Of a stretch of DNA of 55,345 nucleotides, positions 24,701-33,400 are shown one piece after another. How positions within the stretch are numbered: position 1 is the stretch's first letter; each line of letters opens with the position of its first letter. Made by a program: the position numbers and the translations under genes. Source of the stretch: a virus (taxonomy: Duplodnaviria > Caudoviricetes); the IMG/VR virus record IMGVR_UViG_3300044971_001115, positions 1 through 55,345 of that record. One strand, written 5' to 3'. The notes under the pieces were generated by a model. It saw nothing but the letters and a program-made list of their open reading frames with translations. It was not told the DNA's origin and ran no database searches.

Positions 24701-27700
24701 CCAGCGGCTAACGGGTTCCTAAACCTACTAGCTGAGGATTACCGCCTAAAGAGCGAGATCGCCGGAGGAGAAATCCTTGACAGCGAAGACCTAGAGGCTA
24801 TCCCAGATTTCAAGGGCAATACTGCTATTCAAACTAGAACTAACGCTGAAGTATTTAATCAAATTGAGAAGTTAGATCAGCTGGGCTACACCGTTGGTGT
24901 TACCGACAAAATGTATGATGACCTTACTCAGGCCACCGCACACTTGGAGTGGCTAGGCCAAGACTGGAACTCGCGTCCAAAGAAGCCTTCAGGCTTTAGC
25001 AGTGACTTCGCTGGTATGAACTCTCTTAAAGATCTAATTCAAGCTGCCGAGATTGATCCTAAGTCTCGTCCTGGTTTCTGGTGGAGACTCATTCAGGAAG
25101 ATCCTGAAGCTAAAATTAAGCGTCTTAAGGATTTGGCTGCAAAGGTAACCGTTAAGCGAGACCAAATCGATGTTAACAAGATTACAAATCTTGATGCTAC
25201 CGATGGACAGGCTGGCGACTTTAATGGCGTCAAGTGGGCTATCGAAGGCGACAGCATAATCCTATCTGGAGATGTTTTTGCTAAGATCCCTGGTAGAGAA
25301 GATAGAAACTTCCGACAGGCGGTTATTGGTCAAAAAGCCAAAGGCAGCACCGCGGCTATCGAACCTGAAATCAAACTACCAGACGGAACTACACCTCAGT
25401 GGCGTACCGTAAAGGTTGGAAACGACTGGCTAAACAAGATTGTTGTCCCTGACGACAGGGAGCGTGGCGAATACCTAAACAGCCTTGCTTCTCTATTTAT
25501 GGATAACACCAAGGATGCGGTTATTCCTGATGTTATGGTCTCTACTGTCCATCGTTATAAGGGTCTAGAACAAGATAACATTATAATTGCACCTGACTTC
25601 GCGATTCCGGAGCTGGATGAAAATGGTAAGATACTTATCCCCAACGCGGAGGAGCTAAACCTAGCTTATACAGCTGTAACTCGTGCACGTAAGCGAATTT
25701 TCTATGGCCCTCTAGCCTACGGTCTAGAATACTCTGGCGAAGACGGTATGCGTAAAGCAAACAAAGATCTAGAGAGAGAATCAGAATTCGGCATGGATCT
25801 GGTTAGGAGCGAGGCCGAGGCTCAGGCAGCTATTACTGCAAGGCGTAATAACCCTACTAAATCTGCTCTAAAGTCTGGCCAGGGTCAGTCGTTTGCTGGC
25901 GGGTTCAAGTTCTACGAGGATGAAGAAACCTCTTCAGTTTTGGAAGATCTTGTCAAGAACAACCCATACGTGACAACCACTGTACCTGTTAGCCGCTCTA
26001 CCACCCCTAATGGTGGCGGCAAGAAGATTGTTGACGGCTGGGCTATCGGACAGAATGGCACCTACACTGCTCGTATCAATGGAACTACATGGAACATTCG
26101 TGAAAACCGAGATGGCACTATTACTGCTCGTCCTAGGACTAACGAAGGAAAACTAGGAAGCTTCAAGTTCAACGACTGGGATCAACTAGAGAACAACTTC
26201 CCTGGACTCCAAGAACAGGCTTCTAAGGCAAACCGAGATGTTCTAAAAGATAAGGTATCTGCGTTTGACAAAGATGGTCAAATTGCCAAGGCCATTGACA
26301 ACGGTGCTGACCCTGCTGATATTACAGATATGATCAGTAAAAGCGACGATTTTGCAGATGCCATCGAGAACGGCGATGTTAACTTTGTTAGCCTCTTTGT
26401 GGCTCTGGACAACGCTGGTTCGTCTAAGCTAAATCGACCTAATCCAAAGACTGCTAAGCCTGAGGACCCTAAGGCGAAGAAGGCTACAAAAACAACTGCT
26501 GAAGTTGCCTCTGCCCTATATACCGAGTTTGGCAACCCTGCTGATGATCGCAAAGAGATTGACATCTTTGAGAAACCTGGAAGCCTAGAGAGACTTCTTA
26601 GACAGAAGGGTGATGGCTCTGTAGAGACTACCGTTAGTAAGCTAGTTAAAGAGGCTGGCGGACGTGTAAACCCTGACGGATCAGTAACACTTTACAAGAA
26701 AGTCCACACGGAAACTGCCGGACCAGCTAATGGCCAGGACGTGGAACTAGAAGTACGCTGGACAGGCAACAAGGCATCTAGCGGTACAATCAGCTACATT
26801 ATTACTGACATGGAAGATGGTAGTCAAGACGAGTACTATGACTTCTCCCCTACCCACTCTTTGAGTCGTATTTTTAGTACCCTAGACCGTCGTCTAAACA
26901 CATACTTCCTACGCGATCCTGAATCACTGCCAAGCAACCTGAACCCAGATACGTATGGTGGCATCCGCGGTGCGGTTAATGCCATGCGTACCGGATTCCG
27001 TCAGACTACTGCTCGAAAAGGTATTGGTGGCTTGACTGGATTCCTTCAGGATCCGTCAGCCTCGGACACCAACGTTAAGTTACGTAGTCCAAGGGAGCAC
27101 GCTGCTATTGCCCTAAACGGTCGCGATTCGCGACTAAACAATAGCGACCAGAACTGGCACACAATCCAGCGTAAGGGTATCGCGTCTATATTTGACGCCG
27201 TGGACATGGGAGAGCGTGACGGAGCTATTGCTGCAGTCCGTAGATACTTAAACGATATTCCTAATACACCAGCTGCTCAGGGTGTTGCGAAAGACTACAT
27301 TAGAAGCTCGGTTAAGTCCAAGTTCCCTGACATCTCTCCAAACAAATTGGAAGCAATGCTAGAGGACATTTTTGACGGTGTTAACAGCTCTGACCCAGTT
27401 CCGACTGGTGCAGTAAAGGTTCCGCACGTATCTAAAAATGGTGTTCAAATTAAACCTAAACAGAAGGTCCGCTGGAAGAACAACATTGACGGAGAAGTTG
27501 TCGGTGAAGTAGTAGAGACTCTGACTGTGGACAACCCAGACGGTGGCCGCTACGCCTACCGAGACTTTGTATTTGTTAAATTCAAGAGCGGAGAGGTTAC
27601 AAAGCTTAACGCTAAGAACATGTCGGTTGTTGACGATGCCACCCCTGTTACCAACTACTCTCCTTGGGTTCGAAACAACGATCTAAAGATTAAGCGTGCT

Positions 27701-29710
27701 GAACAAGCCGGTCTAACGTATGACACTAACACTGGAGAATACTACAACAAAGAAACCGTAGTAGATATAGCCGACTTTGCAAATGAGAGATACGCTTCTT
27801 CGATTGAAGATGGAGAGCAAAAGCCTATCAACGACATTAAGTCTGGAGACGTCATTTATGACGAAAACGGAGATGCTTATGGTCGTGTAGCTAAGATTAA
27901 GTCTGGTAAAAAAGATGGCGTTAAGGTTTACAAGGTACAGTTTGACCCTCAGGATAACCAAGAAGACCTATTCTTTGATGACAACGAGCAGATATCTGTA
28001 CCTAAGCCTAGACAGTCGGTGGCTTCTCAACCTAAGACTACATCTAATAAGGCAATTGCTAAGGCAGCAGCCGACCTAGGTCTGGCCCCGAGTGCAGATG
28101 GTACGTCTACTAAAAAGAAGATAGCGGCCCATCCTGCAACTAAGAACCCTGATACCAACACCTCTATTAAAGGATCTAACAACAAGAAGGCCGTCAAGCC
28201 TACCAAGGAAGCTGAAGAGGTTCTAGATAAGCAACTAGAAATTGGCAAGCAAGCCTGGGACATGACTGAACCTAGAATTATCGAAGAACTAAATGCTATG
28301 GGCTATAACATCAAACCTGGAACAAAGTATGAAGATCTAGATAAAAATATAGCCGAAGAATACGATAAGAAGATTAAGGCTAATTCCAAGGCCAAGCAAG
28401 ACTTGGACGAGTTTGTCGAAGCAACGAAAGCTGGCATTAAAGGCGACAAAGATGTGTCTGACCTTATTGAAAAAATGAAGGCCGAAGGCTTAGCTGATGC
28501 TCAGGGCGAGATCAAATTTAAGGATCTAGCTGCTAGGCTGAAGGCTGCTGGACTTGAAGACTATAGCTACGAAATTCGTGGATTAGGTTCCGACGGAGAG
28601 TCCGACCTATGGAGCGGATTAGCTGCTTATAAGACGCTAACTACCCCTGACCTGAAAACCAAGTCTGCCCGTCTATGGAAGGCTCGTGCTGAAAAACAGG
28701 CCGATACTAACAAGGCTAGAGACAATAAATCCAAGTTCACTAAAGATCTAAAAACCGCAACTAAAGATGCTACCTTGAAAACTCTAAAGGATCTAGGCGT
28801 ATCATTTAATAACGTATCGCTAGATGAGTTTGAGGGTAACATCATATCTGTTCAGGATAACCAACCTCTGGACGCATTTAGCTCCTTTAAGTCAGCACGT
28901 GCCCTTCGAGCAGCTTTCGAACACATGCCTGCTAACAAGATCCGTCAGCTCGCTAAGTACCTTAAAGACAATAACGCTAAACTAGAGGTTATTTCTGGTG
29001 TAAAGCGTGGACACTTCACTCCGAAACCAAACGGAAATCTGGAAATTACTCTATCAACTGCTAAGGGAACTCAGGCTAACGACAGTACTGCACTGCACGA
29101 GCTTCAGCACTTCTTAGACAAGGTGGACCCTAACAGCAATACTCTTGCACACACCTGGCTACACCGTCGTGCAATGGGTGAAGATGGCAACCTACGCCCA
29201 ATCATGACCTGGGGTAAGGGCGAGACCGGTTTTGCTATTGCTGACCTACAGTCTCCATACACTACTCGTCGTTACGAGCGTGGTGACCTAATCCTAAACC
29301 CTAACTTCGATGGAAACGAAGTGAACTCCACCATCATGGAAGACCTATTCCTAGATGCAGGCTCAGTCTCGCGTCCTGATGGTCAGTTTGCAATTGTCAA
29401 GCGAATGGTTCCAAAGATTAGCCGAAAGACTAAAAAACCTGTAATCGGACCTGACGGCAACCCATTACTGGTCCCGCAGTACGACTGGGTGTTTGATCCT
29501 TTCTACGACCCTAAGAGCGATAAGTGGTATGCTGATAGCTCTATGAAGGAAGAACTAGATGTTCGCGACTTCTATGGCCGTAAGAAAGAAGACGGTCTAG
29601 ACCGAAATGTTAAACACTACGGAATGGGAATGATTCTTATGATGAACGACTGGTCCGCTACTGAAGGTCTAGACACCAACCTGGGCACGTCTGGAAAGAA
29701 GGGTAAATAA
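21782..29710 (+). CDS. Giant polyvalent protein, 2642 aa: UvrD/Rep-type SF1 helicase plus C-terminal zincin metallopeptidase
   Basis: Helicase motifs AGAGAGKTT, LLLDEAQD, VGDRAQSIYKFRG, TRRFG, RTNA, STVHRYKGLE, YTAVTRAR; ALHELQH (HExxH) with a downstream NE; AAGGA RBS. Confidence 0.9.
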   Translation: MLEKLTALLAAFNDGANKGFWRFQWRDRLGRWAEMGRGVLGKLRLKDGSIVSVRGVFVGGTENPGFGRVLVEGQSDKGIPDGIYKFASGNGETFEGLIPEEDLIRQGLLPEGGAAKKDIFGNSVGERLDKDIQDLETISREDITDEDRKLATETPDERQKAIIEEERAKSPVAKLPAGTESDPDQLAKALEDAGVTPKAETPPSPKVDRATDGWLRGAREEGEPIYWMSYNQGTGKHSLNEGHIIDGYVYKGKYNQFTDQGLEGVGSVDDLIATRKNKNSGLVDIYRGNIPAIEDENGKFRKAETSDIFRIEREQDAAKAAQPPTPPPSDKVAPAAPPAGPPSDGGEKFLPAPPEPGAPAEPSKAEIPPAPSALDGLDPYTRGVVSNIIDGAQGQTPKQINKSLKKLHDLASKPDSNRDGLKVAIDELSKLVTDKGGVPFVPGGEDENNFGFKETTDDFDKQNGQQRWEKDYEGGQTLLEVVKGDDGTYEAIAYSGNDNGAWAREDLLPVTDGKGIFKEADKLINDNIEAEAKNDALVEKAIQDAMDGKPVSADEIIKKSSPTPVGRGGFNFEEDEEQPATAPKTSKSKKKPETETTSPATAKGPVKQEPITPEELDALAPAESYEKFFGFLPSVEQTRILNSIIVAKKKTAVRAGAGAGKTTTYIGLCKALMELDPNARIALLQLNRTNADEAAKLVPSNTISNTIDAYFGRPHIVNMAAGKTGTMRGSANDPHVTRYMSRESWHISGAKDLGNHFLMDEMNIGGENYDISKVAGLVSNAVELFCRSTDQKIGPQHFNVKTKAKKATKTEKAVESEDVDIPDEQMKKLLSYANAYWEDLNHIPIWDERVSFTKKDGTPGKKFAKGVTAINPTHAFKMWALTDPDLSKLKAGDGKPITHLLLDEAQDTNAVFEKVIKDNIDRGTAPLIAMVGDRAQSIYKFRGSRDALTTFAEKRAGASLTLTTTRRFGEDLLPAANGFLNLLAEDYRLKSEIAGGEILDSEDLEAIPDFKGNTAIQTRTNAEVFNQIEKLDQLGYTVGVTDKMYDDLTQATAHLEWLGQDWNSRPKKPSGFSSDFAGMNSLKDLIQAAEIDPKSRPGFWWRLIQEDPEAKIKRLKDLAAKVTVKRDQIDVNKITNLDATDGQAGDFNGVKWAIEGDSIILSGDVFAKIPGREDRNFRQAVIGQKAKGSTAAIEPEIKLPDGTTPQWRTVKVGNDWLNKIVVPDDRERGEYLNSLASLFMDNTKDAVIPDVMVSTVHRYKGLEQDNIIIAPDFAIPELDENGKILIPNAEELNLAYTAVTRARKRIFYGPLAYGLEYSGEDGMRKANKDLERESEFGMDLVRSEAEAQAAITARRNNPTKSALKSGQGQSFAGGFKFYEDEETSSVLEDLVKNNPYVTTTVPVSRSTTPNGGGKKIVDGWAIGQNGTYTARINGTTWNIRENRDGTITARPRTNEGKLGSFKFNDWDQLENNFPGLQEQASKANRDVLKDKVSAFDKDGQIAKAIDNGADPADITDMISKSDDFADAIENGDVNFVSLFVALDNAGSSKLNRPNPKTAKPEDPKAKKATKTTAEVASALYTEFGNPADDRKEIDIFEKPGSLERLLRQKGDGSVETTVSKLVKEAGGRVNPDGSVTLYKKVHTETAGPANGQDVELEVRWTGNKASSGTISYIITDMEDGSQDEYYDFSPTHSLSRIFSTLDRRLNTYFLRDPESLPSNLNPDTYGGIRGAVNAMRTGFRQTTARKGIGGLTGFLQDPSASDTNVKLRSPREHAAIALNGRDSRLNNSDQNWHTIQRKGIASIFDAVDMGERDGAIAAVRRYLNDIPNTPAAQGVAKDYIRSSVKSKFPDISPNKLEAMLEDIFDGVNSSDPVPTGAVKVPHVSKNGVQIKPKQKVRWKNNIDGEVVGEVVETLTVDNPDGGRYAYRDFVFVKFKSGEVTKLNAKNMSVVDDATPVTNYSPWVRNNDLKIKRAEQAGLTYDTNTGEYYNKETVVDIADFANERYASSIEDGEQKPINDIKSGDVIYDENGDAYGRVAKIKSGKKDGVKVYKVQFDPQDNQEDLFFDDNEQISVPKPRQSVASQPKTTSNKAIAKAAADLGLAPSADGTSTKKKIAAHPATKNPDTNTSIKGSNNKKAVKPTKEAEEVLDKQLEIGKQAWDMTEPRIIEELNAMGYNIKPGTKYEDLDKNIAEEYDKKIKANSKAKQDLDEFVEATKAGIKGDKDVSDLIEKMKAEGLADAQGEIKFKDLAARLKAAGLEDYSYEIRGLGSDGESDLWSGLAAYKTLTTPDLKTKSARLWKARAEKQADTNKARDNKSKFTKDLKTATKDATLKTLKDLGVSFNNVSLDEFEGNIISVQDNQPLDAFSSFKSARALRAAFEHMPANKIRQLAKYLKDNNAKLEVISGVKRGHFTPKPNGNLEITLSTAKGTQANDSTALHELQHFLDKVDPNSNTLAHTWLHRRAMGEDGNLRPIMTWGKGETGFAIADLQSPYTTRRYERGDLILNPNFDGNEVNSTIMEDLFLDAGSVSRPDGQFAIVKRMVPKISRKTKKPVIGPDGNPLLVPQYDWVFDPFYDPKSDKWYADSSMKEELDVRDFYGRKKEDGLDRNVKHYGMGMILMMNDWSATEGLDTNLGTSGKKGK

Positions 29711-29711
29711 C

Positions 29712-30077
29712 ATGGCAGATGAACTAAAGCGTTTCACCGAACCAGTGAGAGTTAAGGTCGGAGATTCTGACAGCATTTACTGGAATCCAGATGCACCCGA
29801 GACATCTCGTTTAACAGGAGATCCAAGTATTATAAATTTGGTCACCTCTTTTCTGGAGTCTTATTCTGAGAGCGAAGGGATGATCAAGGTTACCCCCGAA
29901 GGTCCATATCTTCCGGCCACTCTAGACAACATGTACACCTTCTTCTGGGCAGTAACAACTCTGTTTGATCGCCTAGAAGAACCTGTAAAGTTTTTTGGAG
30001 AAGTTCCTAGCCTAAAAGACCTTGATCTTGACTACGCTAGTAACTTTGATGAAAACGGAAATCAAATTGTACGATAG
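29712..30077 (+). CDS. Small acidic protein, candidate inhibitor of the upstream peptidase domain
   Basis: 121 aa, 1 nt after the stop; VTPEGP motif. Function inferred from position only. Confidence 0.7.
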   Translation: MADELKRFTEPVRVKVGDSDSIYWNPDAPETSRLTGDPSIINLVTSFLESYSESEGMIKVTPEGPYLPATLDNMYTFFWAVTTLFDRLEEPVKFFGEVPSLKDLDLDYASNFDENGNQIVR

Positions 30078-30094
30078 AATTATATAAGGAAATC

Positions 30095-30433
30095 ATGGCA
30101 AATCAAGAATCTACTCGTACTAATATTTACGACATCTTTATCTATGTCGACCCTACGACCAACAGTGTCGAAACAATTCTGTCATCAGGAGCATTCGGAG
30201 ATTCTGAGTATGATCCCGAAGCCCGCCGCTGGGTTGCTCTAGGTGAAGAAGACACTTGGAGAGTTCGCGATCTCACTAATCGTGACTCTAGATACAAAAT
30301 CGACTGGGAAAACGATGCTGATTTTGACTTTGATGGAAAAATCATCACGTTAAAAAAGTTTTCTGACGGAACTCTAGACGAGAACTACCTGAAGAGCAAC
30401 ACACTTTTCGTAAATAATCCACTAACAAAGTAA
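30095..30433 (+). CDS. Small acidic hypothetical protein
   Basis: 112 aa, AAGGA RBS, TAGAAT at 30075-30080. Confidence 0.72.
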   Translation: MANQESTRTNIYDIFIYVDPTTNSVETILSSGAFGDSEYDPEARRWVALGEEDTWRVRDLTNRDSRYKIDWENDADFDFDGKIITLKKFSDGTLDENYLKSNTLFVNNPLTK

Positions 30434-30438
30434 GTAGT

Positions 30439-33400
30439 ATGGCTGAATATTTAGGAAGTATCGGTAAACTGTCTCTGTTTGCCGTAGGCAACCACAGCGT
30501 TATCGTGGACACTGACCTCAACATGGTTACTGAGTTCGGTGCACTTTCTAACATTCAAAAAAGTGGATGGGCATTAGAAGAGTTTGTATCTGATGCAGCT
30601 CACGATCTGGCCTCTGCCGCTCTCTACGACACTGCTAACCCTATAATTGCATCAGCTGGTCGTATGTACACTATTCCAGACGGAGTTAAGAGCGAGGCCA
30701 AAAAGGCCCTGGAGTGGCGTAAAGAAGAGAAGCGTGGCGGAACTCCTGTCGGCATGAACACTGCTCGCACTCTCGCTAAGGGTGGACAGATCGGTATCGA
30801 GAAGGTACGCCACATTGCCAAGTATTTCCCTCGTCACGAAGTTGACAAGAAGGGTAAGGGCTGGAAGCCTGGCCAAGACAACTTCCCAAGCAACGGTCGT
30901 ATCGCGTGGGCACTCTGGGGTGGCGATGCCGCGTGGCGTTGGGCCTCTGACATTGTTGAAAGAGAAAACAAAAAGTCCATGACCGCTGGTGGATTTGTTG
31001 AGTTTGAGTCTTATGATGACGCATACTCGGACACTAATGCTTTCAAAGCAGCCCACGAATTAGATACCAACTACGGTCCAGAGTTCCTAGCACGCGTTCG
31101 CCTAGACGGCTCTGGAATCGATAGGCTTTACAAGATCGAGATTGACGGACATGTTTATGTCTGGGACGACTGCTCCTGGGACGACCTCAGCCATGTTGAT
31201 GGCGACATCTACACCTACGACTCCTCGCTTGACGACCCATATGATCAGGTTGAAAAAACCCACGTAATGATCGACCCTGACTCTGCAGTAATTATCTCTG
31301 CCATGATGCAAGAAGCCCCGTTCAAGAGCGTTCAGATCAACGAGATCGATTACGAAGAGTCCATGATGATGTCTAATGCCATGGCTGACCTAGACTACGA
31401 GATTCTAGACCGTGCCATTATGGCCGCTGGTGTTGCTGCAGTGGACCCGAGCAAGGATGGCAACTACACCCCTGAAGAGCGTGGCGAAAAGGCTGACAAG
31501 CAGCCACGCGATGCTGGAGGAAAGTTTGCTAAGGCCGGTAACAGAGTTGTAGTTGGTGGCGATACTAAGCGTGGCATTGGAACTATTACCAAGGTCGACA
31601 ACAAGAGCGGCAAAGTTGACGTAAAACTTGACGATGGTCGAGACATCACCGTTGACTCAAAGCTAACCAAAGCTTTCAAGCCAGGCGAAGAGCCTGCCCC
31701 TATGGCCCCTGCAATGGAGCAGCCTGTACCTAAAAAGAAGGTAGAGCCTGTCAGCACCGAAGGCATTCTAGGCGAACCTCGCAAGAAGACTAACGAACCT
31801 AAAGCAGAGCTATCCGAATCACCTGCACCTCTTACAAAGCCAGAGATTGACGAAATGTTCGTCGAATGGGCCGCGTCTGTGGTCTCTGCTCGTGCGGCTT
31901 CTAGCAAAGCTGTTACCGCTGCTGCCCCTGCACCAGCCACCGAAGAACCTCTCACCCCGAAAACAAGTGACGTAACTCCTAAGTACATTGCTATCGTATC
32001 TCCTGATGATCCTCAGGCCGTTATGGACCTAGTTGCTCTAGTTCCTGCCACAGCCACCACCACGGAGCCACTTATGTACATCCGTAAGGATGGCAAGTGG
32101 GTTGCAGACGAGCAAACACTTAAGGATCTAAAGTCAGCAACGCCTCCTCCTGTTGTGGTACTAGACACTCAGGAACTTCTTAACGACATCCTCAAGCAGG
32201 TTGACAAGATTGAGAACGTTGCTAGCACCCCTAGCAAAGAGAAGCCAACCGCTGAGACTCAGGCTGCAGCTTCAATCTACGAACACCTAATCAACTTCTG
32301 GTCTGGCTCTGCTCAGGCGATGGTTGCTGCTGGTGGCCTAGACCGCAACAGGGGCAACGCTGAAGAGCTACGCCAATACTGGACCCGCGGTAAAGGTGCT
32401 GCCAAGATTCGCTGGGGGACCCCTGGCGACTGGACTCGTTGCGTTCGTCAACTTTCAAAATACATGGGTCCTCGTGCGAAGGGCTACTGCCAGCTTCGCC
32501 ACAAGGAAGCAACTGGTGTTTACACTGGTAGCCGTTTCAACCCTGGTAAGGATGACAGTAGAAGTCTTACTACGTTCAATGACCGTTTTGAAGATGCAAT
32601 GATTGAAAAGTCATACTACGCTGCTGAAGTTGCATCGATCAAGGAACGTATGGGACTAACAGCCGCGGCACTTCCTATCGCGTCTGGTGCTAAGTTCACT
32701 ATCCCTCTTCTTATTCCAGAGGACCTCGAGTCTGGAGATGGACGTAAGTTTAAATCAGAGTCAATCGATGTACGTGACCTACCTCTTCCGCTTCTGTGGC
32801 AGATCAAGACTGGCGAAGGCCACATGGGCTCTGTTGTAGTTGGTCGCATTGACCACATGGAGCGTATCCCTAGCGGAATTGGCAATGCTTATGGCGTTTT
32901 CGACACCGGACCGTATGGCCGTGAAGCTGAGCGTCTAGTCCGTAATGGGTTTATCCGTGGCGTATCTGCAGACCTAGACCAATTCGAGGCTAAAGAAGTT
33001 GACTCGGAAAACGCTGAAGATAGCGAAGAAGTTAGCAAGCAAAAACTTACCATAAATCACGCACGTGTAATGGCTGCTACAATTGTAGCTAAGCCCGCAT
33101 TTCAAGAGTGTTCAATCATTATTACCGATGATGGAGACACTGGTATCCAGGAGGATCGAGTGATTCCTGCAGATGGAATTTACGAAGAGTCTGTCGAAAC
33201 TTTCGCACCCGCCGAAGCATTAACTGCTTCTGGCTTTCTAGACTCTGCCATTCCTGTGACCCCACCGGAGCACTGGTTCCACGACCCTAAGCTAACGAAG
33301 CCAACCCCTATTACGGTTGAGCCAGATGGCCGTATCTATGGACACATTGCTGCATGGCACGTAAACCACATTGGTATGCCTCGCTCGACTCGCCCGCCTC

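Noticed and set aside
7733-29710. Virion RNA polymerase or inteins as the explanation for the giant ORFs
   Set aside because: I saw no convincing RNAP catalytic motifs and no intein splice-junction or LAGLIDADG motifs; the recognisable domains are ART, kinase, ParB, helicase and zincin. Unassigned stretches remain and need HMM searches.
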